Source: an uncultured Actinomycetota bacterium (GTDB lineage Bacteria > Actinomycetota > Acidimicrobiia > Acidimicrobiales > Palsa-688). From it: 64,000 nucleotides of DNA. The notes under the pieces are model-generated. The model had not been told where the DNA came from and did not search any database. It worked only from the letters and a program-made list of their open reading frames with translations. Each line of letters begins with the position of its first letter. Within the stretch, counting starts at the first letter, position 1. Location: the NCBI GenBank assembly GCA_963733505.1, contig CAVTDW010000017.1, positions 28,564 to 92,563 of the forward strand. Reading direction: 5' to 3'. The translations under genes and the position numbers were made by a program. Below, piece after piece: positions 28,920 to 38,994 of this stretch.

Positions 28920-29942
28920 TCAGACCGTGAGCAACGTCTTGATGGCGCGGCGTTCGTCCATGGCTCGGTAGCCGTCGGCGATGTCGTCGAGCGGCAGCGT
29001 GAGGTCGAAAACCTTGCCGGGGTCGATCTTCCGGTTCCAGATGAGGTCGATCAGCTCGGGGAGGAAGCGGCGGACGGGGGCGGGACCGCCGTGCAGGTGG
29101 ACGGCGGAGAAGAACAGCTCGTCGCCGGGAAGCTGCACGTCGTGACTGACGCCGACGAAGCCGACGTGGCCGCCGGGCCGGGCGGCGCGGACGGCTTGCA
29201 TCATCGACTCCTGCGTGCCGACGGCTTCGATCACGGAGTGGGCGCCGAGGCCGTTGGTGAGGTCCTTGATCCGGGCGACGCCATCGTCGCCGCGCTCCGC
29301 GACGATGTCGGTCGCACCGAACTCCCGGGCGAGGTGCTGGCGTGATTCGTGGCGGCTCATCGCGATGATCCGCTCCGCGCCGAGCTGCTTGGCTGCCATC
29401 ACACCGAGCAGCCCAACCGCACCGTCGCCGACGACGGCGACGGTCTTTCCCGGGGCGACCTCGGCGGCGACCGCGGCGAACCATCCCGTGCCGAGGACGT
29501 CGGACGCGGCGAGCAAGCTCGGGACGAGGTCGCTCGGCGGCACGTCGGGAGTGGCGACGAGGGTCCCGTCCGCGAGCGGGATGCGGGCGTACTCCGCCTG
29601 GGTGCCGATCGCGCCCACGGGCTCGCGGTGGATGCACGAGCTCTGATAGCCGGCGCGGCAGATCTCACAGCTGTTGTCGGACGCGAAGAACGAGCCGATC
29701 ACGAACTGACCGGGCTTGATGTTCCAGACGTCGGCGCCGACCTCCTCGACGATGCCGACGTACTCATGTCCCATTGGCGCCGGTCCGTCGACGGCCTCGA
29801 TCCCGCGGTAGGGCCACAGGTCCGAACCGCAGACGCACGTCGCCGAGAGACGGATGATGGCGTCGGTCGAGTGCTCGATATTGGGATCGTCGCGTTGTTC
29901 GACGCGGATGTCGCCGGGGGCGTAGAGGAGTGCTCCTCGCAT
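28920..29942 (-). CDS. Zinc-dependent alcohol dehydrogenase (MDR superfamily)
   Basis: It has a zinc ligand cluster CGSDLWPY and GHEYVGIV, a structural zinc site C-E-I-C-R-A-G, and an NAD motif AVVGDGAVGLLGV. Confidence 0.9.
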   Translation of the reverse strand: MRGALLYAPGDIRVEQRDDPNIEHSTDAIIRLSATCVCGSDLWPYRGIEAVDGPAPMGHEYVGIVEEVGADVWNIKPGQFVIGSFFASDNSCEICRAGYQSSCIHREPVGAIGTQAEYARIPLADGTLVATPDVPPSDLVPSLLAASDVLGTGWFAAVAAEVAPGKTVAVVGDGAVGLLGVMAAKQLGAERIIAMSRHESRQHLAREFGATDIVAERGDDGVARIKDLTNGLGAHSVIEAVGTQESMMQAVRAARPGGHVGFVGVSHDVQLPGDELFFSAVHLHGGPAPVRRFLPELIDLIWNRKIDPGKVFDLTLPLDDIADGYRAMDERRAIKTLLTV

Positions 29943-30141
29943 GATGGGTGTCCTTTCAGTTGGTGTCGCCGCGGAAGACCCGCTTGGCGACGGTCACCGT
30001 GGGCATCTACCCATGTTGAGGGCCGCGAGCCGGGGGACCAGTTTTCCCAAGCGGGTTGGGTGGCCCGACCGCCGTCGCGCCGCCGTTCCGACCGCGGTGT
30101 GGCAGCCTGGCACGCAAACCCTCGACCTGAAGAAGGACGGT

Positions 30142-30417
30142 ATGTACGCGGCTGTCGTGAAGGTAACGATTGACGAAGGCAAGGACTCAGAGGCACAGCA
30201 GATGCTCAAGGACGTGATAGTCCCGATGGTCAAGGGCTCGGCCGGGTTCGTCGCTGGCTACTGGCTTGCGCCAGAAGGTGACAAGGGGTTGTCAATCGCG
30301 ATATTCGACACCGAGGACAACGCCCGGGCCGCGGCACCGCCGGAAGGCATGCGACCCCCGGGCGCGCCCGTCGTCGTCGATCACGTCGAGTTCCGCGAGG
30401 TCATTGCGTCCGCCTAG
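30142..30417 (+). CDS. Small ABM/Dabb-like (dimeric alpha+beta barrel) protein
   Basis: gaaggacggtATG gives MYAAVVKVTIDEGKDSEAQQMLKDVIVPMVKGSAGFVAGYWLAPEGDKGLSIAIFDTEDNARAA, 91 aa. The track ORF from 29941 overlaps the divergent ADH gene. Confidence 0.55.
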   Translation: MYAAVVKVTIDEGKDSEAQQMLKDVIVPMVKGSAGFVAGYWLAPEGDKGLSIAIFDTEDNARAAAPPEGMRPPGAPVVVDHVEFREVIASA

Positions 30418-30463
30418 AGGCGGCCCAGACGGTCTTTTTCCGGGGGTGTTCCCCATGTTCGTG

Positions 30464-31084
30464 TCAAGGCCGAATTCCCGGGTTCGGAAACTCGCAGAGA
30501 AACTCCGTGAGCGGTGTGTGTGACGCGGTGGGAGCTCCGTCAACGACGATGTGAGCACGATCGCGGGTGTGGTCCTGGGCGAAGAAGTCGTCCTCGCGTT
30601 GCATCCAATCCCGCCAGAGGTCGCTCATGTGCTCGCCATCCCGGGCGATGCCGCGTTCGAGCCGCGAGGGGAAGGGCGCGTCTATCCAAACGGCCAAAGT
30701 CAAGCGGTCTGCGATCGTTCGGCGCGACGAGGTGACACCCTCGAGGATCACGAAAGGGGCTGACGGTATGGTCCGCCATGGGCCGAGCTCGTCACCGAGG
30801 GGGTCGTTTTCCCAGTCCCGCCGCTGAAAGGTGGCCTTCTGGCCGGCGAGCAGCGGGCCCAGGACTTGGCTTTCGAACCGTGGCCACCAGCCGTCGAGGT
30901 CGCCCCACGAGACGAAGTCGTCCATCTCAACGACTGGTGCCTCATCCAGAACTTGTGCGAGATGCCGGGCAAATGTGCTTTTACCGGCCCCGCTCGGTCC
31001 ATCGATGGCGATGAGGCGGGGAGTCACCGGCGCCGTCCGGCTGCGGATGTCGGCGGCAAGCGCCCGGTAGGTGACGACGGCCAT
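30464..31084 (-). CDS. P-loop NTPase (uridine-kinase/PRK-like)
   Basis: MAVVTYRAL...RLIAIDGPSGAGKSTFARHLA has a Walker A, and ...FVILEGV is Walker B-like. The start ATG 31084 (M77 of the track ORF) gives 207 aa. Confidence 0.65.
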   Translation of the reverse strand: MAVVTYRALAADIRSRTAPVTPRLIAIDGPSGAGKSTFARHLAQVLDEAPVVEMDDFVSWGDLDGWWPRFESQVLGPLLAGQKATFQRRDWENDPLGDELGPWRTIPSAPFVILEGVTSSRRTIADRLTLAVWIDAPFPSRLERGIARDGEHMSDLWRDWMQREDDFFAQDHTRDRAHIVVDGAPTASHTPLTEFLCEFPNPGIRP

Positions 31085-31387
31085 GGACGGTGTCAGGCGG
31101 CTGCGGCAAGGCCGGTGCTGTGCCGGCCTGGTAGGCCGTGCGAGTGTTGAGCAGGGCGACGATGACGTTGCAGCGGCGTCGGGCGAGGCAGACCTGCTCC
31201 GGTGTCGCCAACGCTGCTCCCTTTCCTGATCGGTTCCGATTCCAGGCAAGGCGGTCCACAACGCCCCGCAGGCCATCACCTCCTTGCAGGGGGTAGTGAG
31301 CCATACCGGCACCGCCGGACTTCCCGGGGCCCAAACTTCCTTACACGCCTGTAAGGACCCAGGGAAGATGATACGGGGGGCGTCCCT

Positions 31388-32614
31388 CTAGGTCGTAGCT
31401 GGCGCGCTTGCTCCGCCCGGGCGGCTGGTGGCCTGAACGGCCGTCGCGCCGTTCCCCGCCGCGCCCGTGGCGCTACCGGTGGCCTTCTTCAAGGCATCCA
31501 GTATCGACATTCCCTGGCCCACCAGGCCGACCAGCACCTCGTTGACACCCTCGGTGCCATTGAGGATCGTGAGGTTGGACCCGGCCAGGCCTCGGGCCGC
31601 GGCCTCGACCAATGCCGGCAGCGACTCGATGATCCGGTTGGCCGCGATCAGCTCCTGGTTGCCCTGACGAAGCGATTCCGCCCGAGCGGTGTTGGCGGCC
31701 GCCTGGGCTTCGGCGGTTGTCCGCTCCGCGTACGCCGCGCCGTCGGCGACGAACTTGGCCTGGTCGCGCTGGGCCTCGGCAATCGTCCGCTGCCGGTAGG
31801 CCTCGGCATCCGCCGGCCGGCGTACGTCGGCCTCGAGGCGCTGGGCTGCCAGTTCGGCCTGGCGCTGAGCCAGCTTGGTCTGTTCGGTGATGACGTCTTG
31901 GGAAGCCTTGGCCGCGGCCAAGGGGCCGGCCTGGGCTGCAGCCGCACGAGCCTGCTCGGTCTCCGCCGCGAACCCGGCGGTCTTGATGGCCACATCCCGC
32001 TCATACTCGGCCTTCAGGGCCATGGCCTCCTGCTCGCGCTGGGTGGCTTCCTGGTCGGCTTTGGCCTGGGCGATCCGAGCCTGGCTGGCGACTGCCGCAG
32101 CGTGGGGCGCGGCCAGGTTGTTGATGTAGTTGGTGTTGTCCTCGATCTCCTGGATCTGCAGGGCGTCGACCACGATGCCGAGCTTCTCCATCTCGGCGTG
32201 GCTCCCGTCTTTGATCTCCTGGGCGACACGGTCACGCTCCCGGATGATTTGCTCCACCGTGAGGCCACCGATGATGGAGCGCAGGTGGCCCGCGAACACC
32301 CGTCCCACCAACTCCTCGACCCGGTTCTGCTCGGCCAGGAAACGGCGGGCCGCATTGGCGATCGACACCGGGTCGTCGCCCACCTTGAACACTGCGACCG
32401 CCCGAACGTTCAGCCGGATGCCTTGGATCGTGATGCACTCTTCGACGATCTCGGCCTCGCGAAGCGCGAGCGACAGGATCCTGGCCTTCTGCTTGACGGG
32501 CAAGACGAACGTGCCGTGCCCAGTGACGATGCGGAACTGGGTCTCTTGGACTTGACGCTTCGATCCGGAGATCAGCAGCGCTTCATTGGGAGCGGGAACG
32601 TGCCAGAAAAACAT
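31388..32614 (-). CDS. Flotillin / SPFH (band 7) domain protein
   Basis: MFFWHVPAPNEALLISG... is an SPFH domain, followed by a long Ala/Glu/Gln-rich coiled-coil (AEAQRDQAKFVADGAAYAERTTAEAQAAAN). Confidence 0.85.
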   Translation of the reverse strand: MFFWHVPAPNEALLISGSKRQVQETQFRIVTGHGTFVLPVKQKARILSLALREAEIVEECITIQGIRLNVRAVAVFKVGDDPVSIANAARRFLAEQNRVEELVGRVFAGHLRSIIGGLTVEQIIRERDRVAQEIKDGSHAEMEKLGIVVDALQIQEIEDNTNYINNLAAPHAAAVASQARIAQAKADQEATQREQEAMALKAEYERDVAIKTAGFAAETEQARAAAAQAGPLAAAKASQDVITEQTKLAQRQAELAAQRLEADVRRPADAEAYRQRTIAEAQRDQAKFVADGAAYAERTTAEAQAAANTARAESLRQGNQELIAANRIIESLPALVEAAARGLAGSNLTILNGTEGVNEVLVGLVGQGMSILDALKKATGSATGAAGNGATAVQATSRPGGASAPATT

Positions 32615-32638
32615 TTCGGGAGACCCCCTTGGGTCGGG

Positions 32639-32899
32639 TTACGGAAAGGGTGTGACGATTACCGAGCGAGCCGAGGTCGTCTCCACGACGAGTACTCGCG
32701 CATGCTTTTCGATCGGTTCATCGGACCACGCGGCGAACGCTTCGGTGCCACCGCGCACCGGCAACAGCACCTCACCTGGTCCGTCGGGGGGGATCGGCAC
32801 TGTCACCCGCCCGATGACTCCGACCAAGTTCGCGGCGTCAGCCGACACGTCCGACCGCCTTGCTCGCCTGTTGGCGATTCGCACACCCTGTGATCCCAC
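32639..32899 (-). CDS. NfeD-like short protein (C-terminal OB-fold), the flotillin partner
   Basis: GVIGRVTVPIPPDGPGEVLLPVRGGTEAFAAWSDEPIEKHARVLVVETTSARSVIVT matches the NfeD C-terminal beta-barrel. It lies immediately upstream of the flotillin gene. Confidence 0.75.
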   Translation of the reverse strand: MGSQGVRIANRRARRSDVSADAANLVGVIGRVTVPIPPDGPGEVLLPVRGGTEAFAAWSDEPIEKHARVLVVETTSARSVIVTPFP

Positions 32900-32975
32900 T
32901 GTACCGATCGGCCGTTCTGTGGCGGCATGGGTCGATCCAAAGAACGTGCGGCGTCGTTTGCGCCCCAGGCCATCC

Positions 32976-33048
32976 GCAGCTCGGCCGCAGCTCAGCCCCG
33001 CAGTTCGGCCGCAGCTCAGCCCCGCAGCTCAGCCCCGCAGCTCAGCCG
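32976..33048. repeat. Six tandem 11/13-nt repeats (GCAGCTCRGCC[CC]) between the lipoprotein gene and nfeD
   Basis: Read directly: gcagctcggcc gcagctcagcccc gcagttcggcc gcagctcagcccc gcagctcagcccc gcagctcagcc. Confidence 0.7.
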
Positions 33049-33620
33049 GCCGACACCGTCACGGTGACTGCGTACGAGCCATTGGCGCCGGTGCAGCTGA
33101 TCGCTTCTCCGCAGGTGGTTCGGGCCGCCAGGATCCTCGTCTGACCGGCCCCGACCGCCTTGTAGGTCGCGGAAGCGGTGCCACAGCCCCCTCCCGGGAT
33201 GCACGGAGTCGAGGGCACGATCCGCACCGAGCCGACTTGTTGGACGACCGTGGCGTTGGGCGCGGTAGGGAATCCCCAGTACGTGCTGGCGAGGACCACG
33301 ACGATGGTGGTCGTCTTGGTCACCACGATCGTCGTCCCGTTGTCCTTTTCGGTCAGCTGGATGGTGCCCGAGATGGCTGGCCTCGTCGTGGCGGTCGCCA
33401 CCGACCGTGTCGTGGCGGTCGTGCTCGTTGACCGGGTCGACGGCGTGGTGGGCGCGCCCGCCACGGTCGTACTGGTAGCAGCCGAGGTCGCGACCGTGGT
33501 CGCAACCGTCGTGGTCGTCGTCGTCACGGCCGACCTCGTAGAGCTACCCGACCCGCAGCCGGCCAGCAGGACGGCGGGTATCAGGAAGGTGGGGGCCAGG
33601 ATCGCGAGCCGTCTGATCAC
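33042..33620 (-). CDS. Lipoprotein with a Thr-rich linker and a C-terminal Cys-containing beta domain
   Basis: It has a signal peptide plus lipobox MIRRLAILAPTFLIPAVLLAGC, a Thr/Ala/Ser-rich linker, and then TEKDNGTTIVVTKTTTIVVVLASTYWGF...CIPGGGCGTAS...C (possible protease-inhibitor-like fold). Confidence 0.7.
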   Translation of the reverse strand: MIRRLAILAPTFLIPAVLLAGCGSGSSTRSAVTTTTTTVATTVATSAATSTTVAGAPTTPSTRSTSTTATTRSVATATTRPAISGTIQLTEKDNGTTIVVTKTTTIVVVLASTYWGFPTAPNATVVQQVGSVRIVPSTPCIPGGGCGTASATYKAVGAGQTRILAARTTCGEAISCTGANGSYAVTVTVSAG

Positions 33621-33776
33621 ACTGCAATCGACGGTACCAGGCGGATTTCTCTCTGCGGCGACGCGACAGATTCAAATCAGATTCGAAGGGATGGATCGAC
33701 CGCCGATTGCTTGACAGCACAAGGAGCTACCGCTACAACGGCGGCAACAGGGGCGTTCACATCTGAAGGGACAACG

Positions 33777-36399
33777 ATGAGGCTTGGGCGTATTGCCACG
33801 CGTTCATTCGCGGGCGTGGTTCTGGGGGCCACCACGATGGTCGTCGGTTCGTTCTTCCCGGCTATGGCGACGCCGGCGGCAGCGGCCACGTTCGCCGCGA
33901 CCGGCACGGCCAGCGCGGCCGGCATGACCGGCGCGGCCAACACGGCCAGCACGGCTAACACGACCAGCGCGACCGGCACGGCCAGCGCGACCGGCACGGC
34001 CGGCGCCAGTGCTGACTCGTCCGACAATCGTGCTCCGGGCACGACCGGCATGGCCCTGCGGGCTGGCTCGGCCGCGCTCGAACTCGCCCACGTCTGCCGC
34101 CGCCAAGACAGACGCCGCCAAGACACACGCCGACGCACAGGCCAACGCACAGGACTCAGGCACCAGCAACGAGCAGAGCCCGGCGGCCAATCCTGCCAGT
34201 GACCTCATCCAGGGCAGTGGCCCCGTCATGACCAACCCGGTCATCTACAACGTGTTCTGGCTCCCCGCCAACGTGCACTACGAGAGCGACGGCCTCGCCG
34301 CCAGCGACACCCGCTACGAGAATCTCCTCAACCGCTTCGCCGGCGACGTCGGCGGCAACAACTTCTACAACCTCGTCACCCAATACCCCGGAAGCAACGG
34401 GACTCCCGCCAACTCGGTGACCTTCGGCGGCTCCTGGGTCGACACCGCTGCCTATCCGCACGCCGGCACCCAGGCCGACCCGCTGCTCGACGTCGACATC
34501 CAAAACGAAGCGACCAACGCGGCGACGACCAATGGTTGGACCCGTGACATCAACCACATCTACCTGGTGTTCACGGGCATCAACATCTTCGAATGCCAGA
34601 CGTCGACCTCGGACTGCAACTTCTTCAAGACCGGACACACCAATGCGTATTGCGCCTATCACTTCTTCTTCGGTGGCAGCCCGACCGTGTATGCCTTCAT
34701 GGGCAGCGACGGGATGGGTGGCTGCAGTAACGGCCAGGTGCCCAACGGCGACGCGATTGCCGATGCCGAGATCAGCAGCGCGTCCCATGAGTTCATCGAG
34801 TCGGTCACCGACCCGAAGATCGACAACTGGCTGTCGTCAGTCGCCACCGGACAGCAGGAGATCGGCGACTTGTGCAACCGCAACGACGGACCCAACAACG
34901 TCCTCGCCCCCGGCGCCGACGTCTACCTCAACGGGAACCCCTACGACATCCAGCAGCAGTGGAGCAACGCGGTCCACGGGTGCGCCACCGACCTGAACGC
35001 CGCCCAGAACGGCATCGTCCCGCCCGTGCTGACGATCAACAAGTCCGCCCCGCCCACGGCGGTCGCCGGCCAGCCGATCAACTACAGCATCACCGTCACC
35101 AATCCGAGTGACACCGATGCGTCGACCCTGACCACGGTCACCGACACGCTCCCGGCGGGCGTCAGCTATATCAGCGGCACGGCGAGCCCGGCGCCGACCT
35201 CCACGTCGCCGCTGACCTGGAACCTGGGGACGATCGCAGTGCACGACTCCGTCACGATGACCTTCCAGGGCAGATCGAACCCCCAGGCGATCAACAATTG
35301 CGCCAGCGTGGGCTACGCCGACCAGCTCCAGATCAGCACGAGCCTCAGTAGTGGCCCGGCGTGCGCCCCCACGACCGTCGCCAAAGCCCAGACCACGACC
35401 GTGGTGACGTCCAACCACAACCCGAGTGTGTTCGGCCAGCCCGTGACGTTGACAGCCACGGTCACCGCCAAGCCGCCAGGGGTCGGGACACCGACGGGCC
35501 CGGTCCAGTTCCTGGACGGGGCGACCCCCATCGGGTCCGGCTCCCTCGTGGCCGGCCAGTTCAGTATCACCACGGCGAGCCTGAGTGTGGCCACCCATCC
35601 GATCACGGCCGTGTACGGCGGTGACACCAACTTCCTCGGAAGTACCTCCGGTGTCCTGAACCAGGTGGTCAACAAGGCGCCGACGACGACCACGCTCACC
35701 GCCAGCCCGCCGGGATCGGTCGGCTTCGGCCACCCCGTGACCTTCACCGCCACTGTGGCGGTGCCGCCGCCCGGGGCGGGCAACCCAACCGGCCCGGTCA
35801 TCTTCTTGGTGGACGGCACGCCGGTCCAGACCGTCAACCTCAACGCCTCGGAGCAGGCGAGCGTCACCACTTCGGCCCTGAGCCCCGGCAGCCACCTCGT
35901 CGCGGCTGCCTACCAGGGGGATGGCAACTTCCTCGCCTCGACGGGCACGCTCACCTACCTGGTCACGTGCACGGTCACCATCACGGGCAACCATCCCAAC
36001 GCCGTCGTCGCCTCCGGTGACAGCACCTGCGTCGTCAACGCCACGGTGGGCGGCTCGATCACCGTGTCCAAGGGGACGTCCCTGGCGGTCATCAACTCCG
36101 CCGTCAACGGGTCGATCAATGCCACCAACGCGCCCAACGCCATCGAGATCTGCGGGAGCCACGTGGTCGGTGGCTCAGTCAATATCAGCAAGGCCAAGGG
36201 CCTCGTCATCGTGGGCGATCCCGGCGACGCCAACTGCGCCGTCAACACCATCTCGGGCACCTTGCTCTTGAGCAACAACGCCCATGGCGTCGAGGCCATC
36301 GGCAACACCGTCGGGGCGCTTGTCGCCACCGCCAACTCCGGACCCGGCCCCTTCCCGGGCGACGTGACCACCATCGCCGGCAACATCATCAGTCACTGA
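33777..36399 (+). CDS. Large secreted protein with a signal peptide, Ala/Thr repeat linker, Cys-rich N-terminal domain, DUF11-like domain and Ig-like (Big_3-type) repeats; a probable frame break lies near 34050-34100
   Basis: ATG 33777 follows the ribosome-binding site gaaggga and gives a signal peptide MRLGRIATRSFAGVVLGATTMVVGSFFPAMATPAAA plus (TGTASA)n in frame 0. From about 34090 the protein continues in the +1 frame (track ORF 34009-36399). That part has NPVIYNVFWLP...CAYHFFFGG..., then DUF11-like TTVTDTLPAGVSYISG, then Ig-like repeats NHNPSVFGQPVTLTATV...ITAVYGGDTNFLGSTS. Confidence 0.7.
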
Positions 36400-36716
36400 C
36401 GGGGCAGCTTGTGCGGTGCCGGCTGGCCAAGGCGGGCCAGCCGGCACTGCCGCGCCCGCGCCCGAGGCGCGCGCCGACCGGCTATGCCCGGTCGCCGCCT
36501 TGACCAGGGAGTAACCTGCTCCCCGGCGGATACGGTCGTGGTGATTCGGTGCCGCCTGCTGGAGTAATTGGAAACGTTCCGTCAGCTTCTTCCAGGAACC
36601 GCAACCCTCCACCTCGCTGGCGGGTCAGAACGCACGGCCGACGAACGCTCGTCCCGACGCTCCACCCCGCCCACCGCCGGTGACCAAACCGGTGCACCCG
36701 GCTCAACCACAACCTG

Positions 36717-38991
36717 ATGCTCTTCCCCACACTCTCCTTCGCTGCCTTCTTCGCCCTCGTGTTGCCGGTGAGCTGGCTGCTGATGCCCAACCGCGTCCGC
36801 TGGCGGCTGTTCATGGTCGCGGCCAGCTGGATGTTCTACGGCGCCGCCGACTGGCGCTTCGTCCCGCTCCTCGCCGGCTCGACGGTCGTCAACCACTACT
36901 TCGCCCGGCGGATCGACCGCGCCAACGGCAAGGCCCGAAAGACTTGGACCACCGCGGCCGTCGCCACCAACCTGCTGGCCCTCGCCTGGTTCAAGTACAT
37001 CGGGTTCCTGTCGTTGACGACGCAGAGCTCGCTGCGCTTCGTCGGGATCCACGCCCACGTCCCACTGCCCGAAGTACTCCTGCCGATCGGGATCTCCTTT
37101 TTCACCTTCCAGGCGCTCAGCTACGTGATCGACACGTCGCGGCGCAAGATCCAACCGGTCTCGCTGCTCGAGTTCGCCGTCTACTTGTCCTTCTTCCCTC
37201 ACCTGGTGGCGGGCCCGATCGTTCGGGCGACGGAGTTCCTGCCCCAGATCAAGGAGCGCATCGACCCCCGCCACGTCGACGTGGGCAAGGCGTTCTGGCT
37301 GATCTCGCTCGGGCTGTTCAAAAAGGTCGTCATCGCCAGCTACCTGGCCACCCACGCCGCCGACCCGTTGTTCGGGTTCCCCCGCCAACACGCCGGCGTC
37401 GAGGCACTCTTCGGCGTCTACGCCTACGCCATCCAGATCTACGCCGACTTCAGCGGCTACACCGACATCGCCATCGGCCTGGCGCTGCTGCTCGGCATCC
37501 GCTTCCCCCAGAACTTCAACGCCCCGTACTCGGCCGCCACCCTGCAGGACTTCTGGCGCCGCTGGCACATGACCCTGTCACGGTGGCTGCGGGACTATCT
37601 CTACATTCCCCTCGGCGGCAGCCGCCGGGGCCGCGCTCGGACCTACGTCAACATCATGATCACCATGCTGTTGGGCGGCCTGTGGCACGGGGCGGCCTGG
37701 ACGTTCGTGGCGTGGGGCGCCCTCCACGGCGGCGGCCTCATCGTGGAACGGCTGCGCAGCGACCGCCAGCGCCCCCCAGTGGGTCCCGCTCCGGTCGACG
37801 AGCCGCCCGATCTGGGAAAAGGGGCCGCCCCGGCACCGCCGAGCGCCCCCACTGCCGCTCCCGATCGGGCCCCGGTTCGGCCGACTGGACGGCGGCCCAA
37901 GGTGGTAACCCTCCCTCGAGGCGACGTGCTGGTCACTGGGCGCGTCGCCACGATCGCGGCCACCGACGATGCACCCGAGACCCCGCAGGGGACCGCACCC
38001 CCCGGCTTCGGCTCCGCACTCGCCGGCTGGCGGGAGGCCGCCACCCGTGCCGGTGCCAACGCCCGAAGCTCCGGATCGTCAAGTGCGAAGGCGCGAGCCT
38101 CGCTCGCCACGCCGCCGCCCGCAGCGCCCCCGCCCGCGCCGCCTGCGCCGCCCGCGCCCACGTCGAGGCCGCCCGCGTCCGGGGCCCCCGCGCCCGGAGC
38201 GTCCCCGTCAGCCGCGCCGACGCCTGCGCCTGCGGCGCCCACGTCGAGGCCGCCCACGTCCGGGGCCCCCGCGCCCGGAGCGCCCGCGTCAGCCGCGCCG
38301 ACGCCTGCGCCGGCGGTGCCCAGGTCGTCACCCTCGCCCAGGTCGTCCTCGCCCTCACCCGCGGTGTCGCCGTCCGCGGCGCCCGCGCCCACTGCGTCCG
38401 CGGCGACCCCCTCCGGGTCGTCGGCGGCGCGCAGGCCGTTCGCGCCTGGGCCGTCCCTGTCCGCGACGTCTGCGTCGGCGGCGGCGCCCACGTCCGCGGA
38501 CGCCCCCGTCCGCGGTGCCGCACGCCCTCGCGCTCTCGCCTGCGCCCGCCACCGACGCAGGCACAGCCGTGAGCGAGACGTCCGACGCCGCGCCCGCGAC
38601 CGCCCTGGCTTCTTCGAATGGGGCGAGCCCCCTCCGACCGCCGAAGTTGTCACCCGGTGCGCGGGTGTGGGTTGGCCGGTTGATCACCTTCCACGTGGTT
38701 TGCCTGGCCTGGGTCTTCTTCCGGGCCACCTCGTTCCACAACGCCCTCCAAGTACTGGGCCGCATCGCAACTCTCGGGGGTCGCCACCACCCGTTCAACT
38801 GGATGGTCGCCGCGGTCATCGTGGCCGCCCTCGCCGTCCAAGTCGGCCCGCGAGGAGCGGGCGTCAAGCTACAGGTCCTATTCGCCCGGAGCCCCATCTG
38901 GGTCCAGGCCCTGGTGCTGGCGGGTGTGCTCACGACCATCGATCTCCTCGGTCCGGCCGGCGTGGCCCCGTTCATCTACTTCCGGTTCTGA
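36717..38991 (+). CDS. MBOAT-family membrane O-acyltransferase (AlgI/DltB/PatA-like) with a roughly 200-aa Pro/Ala-rich internal insert; an apparent frame break lies in the insert
   Basis: The N-terminal 330 aa are MBOAT (FFTFQALSYVIDT, the HLVAGP His motif, WRRWHMTLSRWLRDYLYIPLGG). The conserved C-terminus (RVWVGRLITFHVVCLAWVFFRATSF...FIYFRF) is in the +1 frame (track ORF 37969-38991) and ends 4 nt before the SGNH gene. Confidence 0.8.
38154..38315 (+). repeat. Two 81-bp in-frame tandem repeats (27 aa: APTSRPPxSGAPAPGAxxSAAPTPAPA) in the MBOAT insert
   Basis: cgcccacgtcgaggccgccc...cgccgacgcctgcgcc recurs with an 81-nt period starting at 38154 and at 38235. Confidence 0.7.
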
Positions 38992-38994
38992 TCG

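Noticed and set aside
37969-38600. Arg/Pro-rich N-terminal 200 aa of track ORF 37969-38991 (RRREPRSPRRRPQRPRPRR...)
   Set aside because: It is a wrong-frame reading of the MBOAT Pro/Ala insert. Only the last roughly 110 aa of this ORF (the MBOAT C-terminal helices) are real. The two halves are joined by a frame break.
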